59,784 nucleotides of DNA, from the NCBI GenBank assembly GCA_038087875.1, contig JAXLNO010002760.1, positions 558,001-617,784 of the forward strand, read 5' to 3'. Of this stretch, positions 36,925 to 48,054 are shown piece after piece. A model generated the notes under the pieces. The model worked only from the letters and a program-made list of their open reading frames with translations, did not search any database and was not told the origin of the DNA. Made by a program: the position numbers and the translations under genes. This DNA comes from Malacoraja senta. Lineage: Eukaryota. Each line of letters starts with the position of its first letter. Position 1 is the first letter of the stretch.

Positions 36925-37932
36925 TTTAGTTGTAGAGATGCACTGTGGAAACAGGCCCTTTGACTCATCGAGCCACGTCGACCATCGATCACCTAAAGAC
37001 TAAATCTGTTATCCCACTTTCATTTCTTGCACATTAAGTGCAATTTACTGAGGCCATTAACCTACAAACTTTCATGTCTTTGGAATGTGGGAGGAAACTG
37101 GAGCACCCGGAGAAAACCCACATGGTCACAGGAAGAACATACAAATTCCGCACAGACAGAACCTGTAGTCAGGTTCGGACCTGGATCTCGGTGAGGCAGC
37201 AGCTCTACTGCCGCGCTACTGTGCCACGCCTAATTCTGTTCATAAAACTCATTGCTAGCTTTGATAGAGTTAAAGAGTCATGGAGTCATTTAACAGACAA
37301 ACACACCCTCTTGTCCATCATGCTACGCTAACCCTTTTGCCATTCTACATTAATCTCATTGGGCAGCACAATTGCGCAGGGTAGTTTTGGTGCCTTACAG
37401 TGCCAGAGACCCGGGTTCGATCCTGACTATGGGTGCTGCCTGTATGGAGATTGTATGTTCTCCCCGTGACCTGTGAAGGTGTTTTTTCCGGGTGCTCCGG
37501 GTTCCTCCCACACTCCAAAGGCCTAAAGGGTTGTACGTTAATTAGCTTAGGTAAAATTGTAAATTGTCTCTAGACAATTCACAATAGACAATAGGTGCAG
37601 GAGTAGGCCATTTGGCCCTTCGAGTCAGCACCGCCATTCACTGTGACCATGGCTGATCATCCACAATCAGTACCCCATTCCTGCTTTCTCCCTTAATCCT
37701 TTGATTCCGCTATCTTTAAGAGCTCTATCTAACTCTCTCTTGAAAGCATCCAGAGAATTGACCTCCACTGCCTTCTGAGGCAGAGAATTCCACAGATTCA
37801 CAACCCTCTGGATGAAAAAGTTTTTCCTCATCTCCGTTCTAAATGAATCGTGCTAGAGTGCAGGGATCGCTGGTCGGCGCGGACTCAGTGGACCGAAAGG
37901 GCCTGTTTCCACACTGTATCGCTAAACTAAAT
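36925..37932. mobile_element. Head-to-head V-SINE pair (- 36925-37230; + 37360-37932, the latter interrupted by a CR1 3' end at about 37572-37845)
   Basis: Both show B box, V-domain and CR1-like tail. The insert begins with an (acaatag)n CR1 tail on the minus strand. Confidence 0.85.
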
Positions 37933-39477
37933 TAATTTCCTGACCCTCAATTGCTGATTTTCCACAATGGAAGCATTTATGCCAAGGAATCATTTCCGTA
38001 TTAATGTATGCAGTTGGGAGGCTCTGCACTGCGAGGGTAACAGCTCATTGTAATTACATGTGATCTGAAATCCAGCTGATTTGATGCTGAACATTCGAAG
38101 GTCAGAGGCAGGAGGAGGCAAAAAGGCCAGAAATTAAGGAAATAATGTATCTTTACCCCACTCCGAGCTATTGTACAACTTTCATATTTAATGAATGCAA
38201 AGTGAGTGCCTTTGGTGCAGTTCTTCTGAATGCACTATATAGATCAGCAAGAGGGGTGGGCACGAGAGTTATCTCACCACATCTGCCTTTGTAGCATGTC
38301 CTTCCTGTGAAACTGGGTCAGGCTGCAGCTGGGTGCAAATCTGCAGCTGCCACCCGCTCAGTCACCCATACTTAACGGCGCCTGTCCCGGGGAAACAGAA
38401 GTGCCATTCTGCTTGCGAAAGGCAGTCTGAATGATCTGCTTTGTGGTGATGCGGGAGGTACTCCCAGGAACACTCGCCCACTGCGTGCGAGGCCGGCTGT
38501 GGTGCTGTTAAACTGTCATCCACCTCCTTGTGGGGTGTATGTTTGCCAAGAAGTCTGGGAATGGAAGCAGCGGCCTATTGTCAAGGTTCATTCCAAGGAA
38601 CACAAGACTCGGCTCCACTGACTGTTCCCAGGGACCCACACTGAGATAAATGCCGACTGTGGCTGGAAGATCTTCAACTCGATGAAAGATGCACTTCGGA
38701 ACGTCAGACTAGACCCATGGAGTCATATAGTAGAGAAACAGGCTCCTCTCGCCACCAGGTCCATGTTGACCCTTCCTTCTCTCCAGAGATGCTGCCTGTC
38801 CCGCTGAGTTACTCAGCTTTTTGTGTCTATCTCCATGTTAGCCACTATGCACCTATCTAAACTTGGGCCATTTACCAGCCAAGGTCCGTGGCTTTCTACA
38901 TCTTGGTAAATCAAGTGTCTATCCAGATGCTTCAAGGATGTTGTGAGAGTCACTCCCTCCACCACTTTCTCAGGCAATGCAGTCCAGATTACAACCAGCC
39001 TCTGAGTGAATAAATTCTTCTTCATCGTCCCTCTGAACCTCACCTTAAATCTGTCTACTTCAGTCTTAGGCACATCTTTCATGGGGGAAAAAATTCTATT
39101 TACCTATCTAGGCCTCTATTTTGCATGCCTCCATTAGGCCTTCTTCCTGTGTAAGGAAGTGTCTGTAAATGAGTGCTGCTAACTGGGACCTTCCAGGGTG
39201 CAGTATGTGCTAAGAATGTATTGAATCTCAGTGAAGGCGGAGACCCTGTGGGCAGGAGCACAATCTAGGACATTGTTGCCACTGAACACTGAGAGGCTGG
39301 TCCATATATAAACAGCCTCTTAAATGCCTCACTAATGCAATGTTAAAGGATGAAACATCAGTGACATTGACATATTGCAGAGGTATGCAATGAATTTTCT
39401 GGTAGAGTAACTGAAACTGAACAGCTAGGGTGAAAGGCATGTCGTGGTGTGCCAGTGACTCACTGGTCTTCCACAGG

Positions 39478-39825
39478 ATAGACACAAAATGCTGGAGTAA
39501 CTCAGCGGGACAGGCAGCATCTCAGGAGAGCAGGAATGGGTGATGTTTTGGGTCGAGACCCTTCTTCAGTCTGAGTCAGGGGAGAGGCAGATACAAAGAT
39601 AAGGAAGTGTAAGGTATGAAAACGAGTCAAAGGGGATGAGGTTCAAAGAAAATGTAGAGCTAGGAGGGTAACAACAAAGCAAACAGAGATAAAATGTAAT
39701 TGAGGATAGTCAGACTGGTCGGAGAACAGGGAAGGGGGAGGGATGGAGAGAAAGGGAAAGCAAAGGTTACTTGCAGTTAGAGAAATTAATATTCATGCCG
39801 TTGGGGTATAAGTAGCACAAGTGAA
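39478..39825 (-). mobile_element. Penelope-like 3' fragment with hammerhead-like core (39542-39569)
   Basis: Homologous to 44755-45000. Reverse complement reads ctgaagaagggtctcgacccaaaacatc. Confidence 0.8.
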
Positions 39826-40502
39826 TAACTCTTGTCTTCCAATGCAGCAAGCTGGCAAGATCGAATGCACAGGATTACCTGCTGAGGGAGATGCTGGCAC
39901 TTGGTGCAGCTGCCACAAGGCTTCTGTACGGAAAGGCCACACATTACGGATGATCCCGATCATCCAATCTACCTCGTCGCAACTCTTGCACTTTATTTTA
40001 ACTGCACTCTCTCTGTTGCTATAACACTCTGCACTCTGTTTATCTTCTATTTTGCACTATCTGATGTATTCAAGTATGGTGTGGTTTGCCTGGAAAGTAA
40101 GTAGAAGTTTTTCACTGTATCTCAATACACATGACAATAAAAATAAACCAATAAATTAAACCAAATGGGAAAGTCAACAAGGGTGTTAAATTATATGAAT
40201 ATAATATATCTATAGAAAGGAAAAAATATTAGGATATGATGTCATAACTTAATGTAAATTTTGCAAGCAAATTAAATTATATAATGTGATAGGCAAAATG
40301 CCAATAACATATTTGCATAGTTTACGAGCATGGCTATAATAAAGTGGTTGCTACTGAACTTGCATACAGAGCATGGACCACGTCCCAGAGTCAAGAGTTC
40401 AAATCCCACCATGACAATTGGAGAAAATTAAAATTCAACCAATTAACTGAATCTGAAATTGGGAAACAACGTTGTTCTCAGTCAAGGTGATAATGACTCT
40501 TA

Positions 40503-40725
40503 AGGGCCTGTCCCACTTGGGCGTCATTTGCGCGTAATTTACGCAACATCATTTACGCGTCACGACGCACAACGTGCGCACGTGATGCACATTATGTGTG
40601 CATGGTGCGTGGTGACGTAGGCAGTGACGCGCAGTCGCGCGTGGCACCCCAGGATTTTGGGATGCACAAAATCTTCGCGCGCCATCTGCGTGACGCGCAA
40701 ATGACACCCAAGTGGGACAAGCCCT
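40503..40725. mobile_element. PIF/Harbinger-type MITE, 223 bp
   Basis: tta|agggcctgtcccacttgggcgtcatttgcgcgt...acgcgcaaatgacacccaagtgggacaagccct|gta; about 30-bp TIR; CpG-rich interior. Confidence 0.85.
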
Positions 40726-40864
40726 GTACTCCTGGAATGCCGTTTATAAAAAACACTAATGCTGCACAAGGTTCACCAATGTCCTTTGGAGAAAGAAACC
40801 TGATGTCCTTACCTCGTCTGGTCTATATGTGACTCCAGAACCACAAACTGTTAGCTGCCACTGA

Positions 40865-41110
40865 CAGTTGTAGATAAAATTATGAAAGGTATATATTTTG
40901 ATAATATTTTTCTCCGGGTGGAAATATCAAATGCTAGAGGATATAGGTTTAAGGTAAGAGGAAGAAAGTTTAAAGGAGATGTGCAGGACAGGTTTTTTAC
41001 ACAGAGAGTGCGAGGTGCCTGGATTACGCTGCCAGGGAAGATGGCAAAAGTAAATATGATGGTGACGTTTAAGAAGCATGTAGGCAGACACATGGACTTG
41101 CAGAGTACAG
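40865..41110 (+). mobile_element. CR1 3' ORF2 fragment
   Basis: NARGYRFKVRGRKFKGDVQDRFFTQRVRGAWITLP. Confidence 0.85.
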
Positions 41111-42654
41111 AGATACAAAGTTTTACCTCAGCGGATACAAACTTTAACCTCTGTGTCGGAGCCATTAAACTCACCGGGGCCTAGTTTACTGCATTCCTTT
41201 TAATCTCATCAGAGCCCCATTTCTTATGTTTCCCTGAAACATTCAGGATTCACTGGGAAATTTATGTGCCAGATTTACTGTGCTTTCAAATAACTGTTCA
41301 CAGTCATCTTTTACGAAATTGCTTCTCAGTCGGGTGAAATTTGTTTCCCCCCAATTTTGAACCTTTCCTAGTATTTTAGCCTTGTTCTTTCCACAACAAT
41401 ACTGTCTAATTGAATTATTATCAAAATGCTCTCCCACTGATACTCATTTCCTTAGCCAGTTTCACTGACAAAAACTAAACCCAGATTTATGTATAGGAAG
41501 GAACTGCAGATGTTGGTTTAAACCGAAGATAGTGACAAAAAGTGCCCGTAGTCAGGATTGAACCCGGGTCTCTGGTGCAGCAAACAGTGTAAGGCAGCAG
41601 CTCTACCACTGTACCACCGTGCCACCCTATTGGGGTGCACCACAACTTGCTTTGGCAACAGCTCTGCCCAAAACCGCAACAAATTGCAGAGAGTTAAATT
41701 GCAACGTTGAAGAAACAATTGGACAGGTACATGGATTGGACAGGTTTAAAGAGATAGGGGCCAAACGCAGGAAAGTGGGACTAGTGTAGATGGGGCATGT
41801 CGGTGAGTATGGGCAAGTTGGGTCGAAGGGCCTGTTTTCACACAATATTACTGAGTTGGGGATGTAGTCCACTATCTCACATAATCCAGCCTCCCCTCTA
41901 TCAACTCCATCTATGCTTCATGCTTCACGCTTCATGCACTTACTGGCCACCTTACCTGCCAACTGACTGCATCACCAGGATGCTTGTTGCAAAGGAATTG
42001 TTTTTTCTAAGCCTACTATCAGATTGTGGTGAATGTGGCCGAGATCTTGTCTGATTTTACCATCAAACTATCATTGTGCAGAGTTGAACCTACATAAAAG
42101 CAGTCTGATTCTTACTCAGGACAGAAACTAAGCAACGTGAGTAGCACAGAGAGCAAAGGAGAACACTTCTATTAGATTTTGCAGTCTGCTCTCTCCACAT
42201 ATTTTGCATATATTTCTTTGCAGCTCACCTATTTGTTTATGCGTGCAGCCATATCTACCACATTCATATCCATTTTATTTGGGGGAAATTCAATAAGCCG
42301 ACGTAGAATACTTGCACATAGCCAATATCGCTCACGCAAAGGTGTTTGCATTATCCACAAACTAGGTCACCAGCAAAAACGTCATAAATTAGGCCTGCCC
42401 TCACCCTCTCCGCCCCTTGACTCTGAAGGTTCAGGAATGCTTAAACAACCTTTGCATGTCTTCTGAAACAGTGTACAATAAAACAGAGAGTACTAGAAAT
42501 GCTCAGCAATCAAGCAGTGTCTGTGGAGAGAGAAACAGAGGTCATGTTTCAGATTGATGATATTTAATCAAGATTTTCATTATTCAATGCATTTTGCTTT
42601 TGAATGAATCTTTAATCCACTACAAACTTTTGGAGGAACTCAGTAGGTCTATAG

Positions 42655-43285
42655 GTAGACTCGATGGTGAGGAAGGTATTTTGGCATACTTACCTTCATT
42701 GGTAAGGATATTGAATACAGGAGTTGGGACGTTATCCTACAGCTGTACATTACATTGGTGAGACTACATTTGGAGTATTGTGTCCAATTCTGGCCATCCT
42801 GTCATAGGAAGGATGTCATTAAGCTGGAAAGGGTGCAGAAAAGACTCATCAGGATGTTATCAAGAGATGAGGGCTTGAGTTAAAAGGAGAGACTGGATAG
42901 GCTGTGCTTTTTTCCTTGGAGTAGAAGAGGCTGGAGGATGACCTTATAGAGGAGGTATGCAAAATCATGAGAGGCACAGATAAGGTAAATGGCCTACTTT
43001 CCCAGGATTGAGCAGTCCAGAAAGAATGAAAGGGGAAAGATTAAAATGCCTAGGGGCACTTTCGTCATTCAGAGAGTGGTTAATATATGGAATGAACTTA
43101 CAGAAGAAGCTATAGAGGTGGGTACAATGGTAACATTTCAAAAATATTTGGACAAATATATGGATAGGAAAAGTTTAGAAGGATATGAGGTAAATGCAGG
43201 CAAATGACACCAGCGCAGTTAAAACCTAGTCAGCATAGAAAGGTTGGGCCGAAGGCCCTGTTTCCATGCTGTATGACTCTAGACT
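42655..43285 (+). mobile_element. CR1 3' fragment
   Basis: LVRLHLEYCVQFW, FVIQRVVNIWNELTEE and the 3' UTR gggccgaaggccctgtttcc. Confidence 0.85.
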
Positions 43286-43629
43286 CTATAATTAGTCCAG
43301 GGATTCACTTGATTCCAGCTGCTCGTACTTGACCCATGTCTCCTTTTTTTCTGAGCAGAACTTCAATTTCTCTTGTATTCCATAGTTCCTTGCTTCTACT
43401 GGCCTACCCTTCACTTTAACAGGAACATGTAGACCTTGATTTCTTGCGCTCTCATTTTAGAAGCCTCCCACTTGGTGGACATCCCTTCACCTGCAAACAA
43501 CTTGCACCAATTAACTTTTGCAAGCTCCTACCTAATACTGTAAAAATTAGCCTTACCTTAATTGTAAGCTCCTACCTAATTACTGTAAGGATTAGCCTTA
43601 CCTTAATTCTCAAGTTTAAATTGTAGACC

Positions 43630-44127
43630 AAGTCAAGTCAAGTCACATTTATTTATATAGCACATTTAAAAAACAACTCTCGTTGACCAAAGTGCTTTAC
43701 ATTTGTTATAAGAATAGTATAAACAAACAAACTACATACATATATACATATAGCCCTCGCTCAGAGGACGTCAGGAAAGGCTTGGGAGTACAGATAAGTT
43801 TTCAGTCGAGACTTAAAGGAGTCGATGGAGGGGGCAGTTCTGATGGGAAGGGGGATGCTGTTCCACAGTCTAGGAGCTGCAACCGCAAAGGCACGGTCGC
43901 CCCTGAGCTTATGCCTAGACCGCGGGACATTCAGCAACCCCAAGTCGGCCGATCTGAGGGACCTGGAGGTGGTGTGGTGGGTGAGAAGACTTTTAATGTA
44001 GGTGGGTGCAAGCCCATTGAGGGCTTTGTAGACATAGACGAGGGTATTGAAATTTATACGGAACCGCACAGGGAGCCAGTGGAGAGAGGTCAGGATCGAG
44101 GTGATGTGGTCCCTTTTTCGGCTGTCC
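43630..44127 (-). mobile_element. L2 LINE 3' end, 5'-truncated, inserted in an old CR1 (about 43290-44350)
   Basis: Open frame HITSILTSLHWLPVRFRINF...YKALNGLAPTY...RSLRS...RAFAVAAPRLWNSIP...FKSRLKTYLY; tail tgtaaagcactttg...aaataaa and (tgact)n. Confidence 0.92.
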
Positions 44128-44751
44128 TTTTGCATAACCACTTAAAAATGAATAGAATTATGGACACTGGTCCCAAAGTGCTCCCCCACTGACTCTTCAT
44201 TCACTTTCCCTCTTACAAGAGTAGGTCAAGCTTTGTCTTCTATGTAGTGGGGTCCTCTTTATATTGTGTGAAAAATCTTTCCTGAACACACTCAACAAAT
44301 TCCACCCAATCTTGGCTCTAAACTCTGTGGCAGTCCCAGTTATTTATTAGGAAAGTTTAAATTATTTGTCATCTTGTCCATGAAATTTGTATGATTTTCA
44401 CCATTCTGGGCTCACACAGAAGCTTATCAGCAAGGCTAGAATGGCGCATGAAGTACAAAATTCTTACTGCAGCTGTACAAAGACCACACAGCACCCGAGA
44501 TCCAGGTTTGATCCTGACCCGTGACATCCATACTAATCAAGAATCTGTCTATCTCAGCCTTAAAAATATCCATTGACTTGGCCACCACAACCTTCTGTGA
44601 CAAAGAATTCCATCTCTGTAAATTGCTCCTAGTGTAAGGAATGGATGTGAAAGTGGAGTAATATGGAACTGGTGTGAACAGCTGATCGGGCCAACGGGCC
44701 TGAGCTAAACTAAACTACACCATAACTGGAGAACCATGTACAGTTATAGCT

Positions 44752-45295
44752 TGTGTAAGAAAGAACTGCAGATGCTGGTTTAAATCGAAGGTAGACACAA
44801 AATGCTGGAGTAACTCAGCGGGACAGGCAGCATCTCTGGAGAGAAGGAATGGGTGATGTTTGGGGCAATGGGCCGGACAAAGATAGAATGTAATCGGAGA
44901 CAGTAAGACTGGTGGGGATGGATAGAGAGGAAAAGCAAGGGCTATTTGAAGTTAGAGATGTCAATGTTCATACTGCTGGGGTGTAAACTACCCAAGCGAA
45001 ATATGAGATGCTGTTCCTCCAATTTGCGCTGGGCCTCACTCTTACAATGGAGGAGGCCCAGGACAGAAAGGTCAGATTGGGAATGGAAGGGGGAGTTGAA
45101 GTGCTGAGCAACCGGGAGATCAGGTAAGTTGAGACGGACTAAGCAGAGGTGTTCAGCGAAACAATCGCCGAGCCTGCGCTTGGTCTCGCCAATGTCGAGA
45201 AGTTGACACCTGGAACAGCGGATACAGTAGATGAGGTTGGAGGAGGTGCAAGTGAACCTCTGCTTCACCTGGAAAGACTGAATGGCTCCTTCGAT
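44752..45295 (-). mobile_element. Penelope-like element 3' fragment: GIY-YIG endonuclease plus terminal repeat
   Basis: ORF 44942-45268: FTCTSSNLIYCIRCSRCQLLDIGETKRRLGDCFAEHL...VAQHFN...RKLEEQHLIFRLGSLHPSSMN (IY...IGET, R, EH, E, N motifs). Confidence 0.9.
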
Positions 45296-45439
45296 GGAGT
45301 TACAGTATAGCTTCCTTATTTAAGACAGTGAAATGCAGTGAAAGTTCATTTGATTGATTCCTCATAAGGCAGAAAGGAAAGATTGAGAATTAGATGAACA
45401 AAGATGCGGGGAGATTGCAAACAGCTGCAAAACTAATAG

Positions 45440-46170
45440 GTTTGACATACTTGATGATTTTAACTTTCCTAGTATAGATTGGGACGGCCAAAGTGTCAAG
45501 GGCTTAGATGGGGTGTACTTTGTCAAGTGTGTTCAGGAAAGTTTTTTCAGGCGGTATGTAGAGGGCCCTGCAAGGGAGAGGGCTAAGCTTAGCATACTTT
45601 CAGGGAATTGGGCAAAGTCAGTGGATATTTTTAAGGCAGAGATAGATCGATTCTTGGTTAGTACAGGTGTCAGAGGTTGTGGGGAGAAAGCAGGAGAATG
45701 GGGTTAGGAGGGAGAAATAGATCAGCCATGATTGAATGGCGGAGTAGACTTAATAGGCCGAATGGCCTATTTTACTCCTATTCCTTATGACCTTATGACC
45801 TTATGATGTACGGAGGAACCTTGCGGTGCCGGTCCTTAGTGGTGACACTTGTGGATAGGGTAGTGAAGAAGGCATTTGGCATGCTTGCCTTCTTCACTAC
45901 CATAGGAGGCATTGAATATAAGAATTGGGATGTCAATTTGCAGCTGCACAATACACCAGTCAGACTGAACCTGTTGCATTTTGTACAGTTCTGGTAGCCA
46001 CACTACAGGAAGGCTGTTGTATCAACAGGAAGATTGGAGAACAAACTCATAGGATGTTGCCTGCAATGGTAAGGCGTAATTATAAGGAGAGAGTGGAGAG
46101 ACCAAGCTTATTCTCACTGGAACATAGAAGGCTGAGGGGTGACCTTATCATAAAATTATGAGGGGTATAG
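45440..46170 (+). mobile_element. Mosaic of CR1 fragments ending about 80 bp from the AIG1 exon 3 donor
   Basis: FVKCVQESF, DIFKAEIDRFL with (ccttatga)n tail, VDRVVKKAFGMLAF, LEHRRLRGDL. Confidence 0.8.
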
Positions 46171-46252
46171 TTAGGGTTGGAATAATTCTGCCAGAAATCA
46201 TGCAATAATCAATAATTCCTACGTCATTGCGTGATAAATTCATTGTACTCAC

Positions 46253-46354
46253 CATTCCATGGTTAATCCACTGTGGTATAAAGCTGTCCAAGATTTTTGG
46301 ATAAACCAGTTCTCGATCATACAGGTATAAGGCCCAGAATATTGTCACTACCAG
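46253..46354 (-). CDS. AIG1: AIG1 coding exon (equivalent to exon 3), 102 nt, phase 0/0
   Basis: Acceptor ttcttcttcccctgcag|, donor |gtgagt. Translates LVVTIFWALYLYDRELVYPKILDSFIPQWINHGM versus human [34 protein letters not shown]. Confidence 0.96.
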
Positions 46355-46572
46355 CTGCAGGGGAAGAAGAAATCAGAACAAAATAACAGTATTGTCTCAA
46401 AGTTGTATTTCACCCTTGTAGCATTTAGGGTTCTTCATGCAACTGCTATGGAGAAAAGCATACACTGGCATCAAAGAACAGAGCATCAAAGAAATAAATC
46501 TAAACTGAAAAATGGTGCAGGCAATGTTGCTAAATTGACCATGTTGTGGAGCAACCCTGGCAACCTTAATAC

Positions 46573-46773
46573 ATGCGCGTGCGTGTGCGTGTGCGTGTGC
46601 GTGTGCGTGTGCGTGTGCATGTGCGTGTGCGTGCGCGCGTGCGTGTGGTGTGCGTGTGCGTGTGCGCGTGTGTGTGCGTGTGCGTGTGCGTGTGCGTGTG
46701 CGTGTGCGTGTGCGTGTGCGTGTGCGTGTGCGCGTGCGCGTGCGCGTGCGCGTGCGCGTGCGCGCACGCGCAT
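46573..46773. repeat. (GCGTGT)n/(GCGCGT)n alternating purine-pyrimidine repeat
   Basis: About 200 bp of near-strict RY alternation, seen directly. Confidence 0.95.
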
Positions 46774-46819
46774 GTATTAAGGTTGCCAGGGTTGCTCCAC
46801 AACATGGTCAATTTAGCAA

Positions 46820-46998
46820 NNNNNNNNNNNNNNNNNNNNNNNNNNNNNNNNNNNNNNNNNNNNNNNNNNNNNNNNNNNNNNNNNNNNNNNNNNNNNNNNN
46901 NNNNNNNNNNNNNNNNNNNNNNNNNNNNNNNNNNNNNNNNNNNNNNNNNNNNNNNNNNNNNNNNNNNNNNNNNNNNNNNNNNNNNNNNNNNNNNNNNN
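46820..46998. other. Assembly gap
   Basis: Run of N. Confidence 1.
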
Positions 46999-47154
46999 GA
47001 TTCATCGCTGATGGTCGATCCAGCTCGAGGTTTTTCAGGCGAGTGCCCTCGAGCTTGAAGGTCGAAGACACTCTCTGAACTCGCGGATTGGGTCGCCGCT
47101 TTACCTGAAAGCAGCTCCAGTGAAACATTTCACATCATTTTTACATTAACAATG

Positions 47155-47760
47155 GATCTTGAGATACAAGTCCACACTTTCCTGAAAATGGCAAAACAAG
47201 TGGATTGAATGGTGAAGAAGGCATATGGTATGCTTGCCTTCATTGATCAGTGCACTTTGAGAGTTTGGTAGTCGTGTTGCAGCTTTATATAATTTTGATT
47301 AGGTTATATTTAGAGTATTGTGTGCAGTTCTGGTCACTGCATTGCATAAAGGAAATGGGGGCTTTGGAGAGGGTACAAAAGATGTTTACCAGAATATTGC
47401 TGGAAAATACAGCAGTAGCTATAAGGAGAAGGTGGACACAAAATGCTGGAGTAACTCAGCGGCTGAGCAGCATCTCTGGAGAGAAGGAATGGTGGACATT
47501 TCGGGTCGAGACCCTTCCTCAGACTGATGGCAGGGGAGGGGGCAGGACAAAGATTGAATATAGTCGGAGACAGTAAGACTAGTGGGAGAACAGGGAAGGG
47601 GAAGGGGATGGAGAGAGCTATAAGGAGAAGTTGGACAAACTTGGATTGTTTTCTCTCGAGCATTGGAATCAGAGGGGCGACCTGATAGAAGTTTATGAAA
47701 TTATGAGAGACTTCGATAAGGTAGAGAGTCAAATCTTTTTCTAGGGTCAAAATCTCAAGT
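47155..47760 (+). mobile_element. CR1 3' fragment with a Penelope-type insert (47432-47615, -) bounded by a 15-bp TSD
   Basis: LEYCVQFW...LERVQKMFTR; direct repeat agctataaggagaag at 47417-47431 and 47616-47630. Confidence 0.85.
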
Positions 47761-48048
47761 ACTCGAACTCGGAGTCTGTAGGAGTTCGTGGATGTCTCGT
47801 AGCGGCTCGTACGAGTAAAAAGTAACAATTTTTTTCATCACGAGTATTTTTTTACTCGTGGACATTTTCCACAGTGTTGAAAAAACTTCCCGAGTTTTCC
47901 GGATTTCCCGAGTACCTACCGTTACTCGTACGAGCCACTACGAGACATCCACAAACTCCTATGGACCCGCTATGGACATTCTCCGAGTTCGAATCAGGGG
48001 AAAACTCGGGAGAACTCTTGAATTACCTCATACAGTGGGACAGGCCAT
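47760..48048. mobile_element. Truncated Harbinger-type MITE (right end only) with an internal 47-bp inverted repeat
   Basis: Ends gtgggacaggccat|taa; inverted repeat 47772-47818 versus 47922-47968. Confidence 0.75.
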
Positions 48049-48054
48049 TAAGGC

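Noticed and set aside
42179-42466. Plus-strand ORF containing HSQYRSR, resembling AIG1 HHQYPSR
   Set aside because: Wrong strand; the true exon is at 23172-23287.
44942-45268. Domesticated stand-alone GIY-YIG nuclease gene
   Set aside because: It is 5'-truncated, YIG is changed to DIG, and it is attached to the multi-copy Penelope terminal repeat.
46403-47128. VC/RA/HT dipeptide ORFs
   Set aside because: Microsatellite plus assembly gap.
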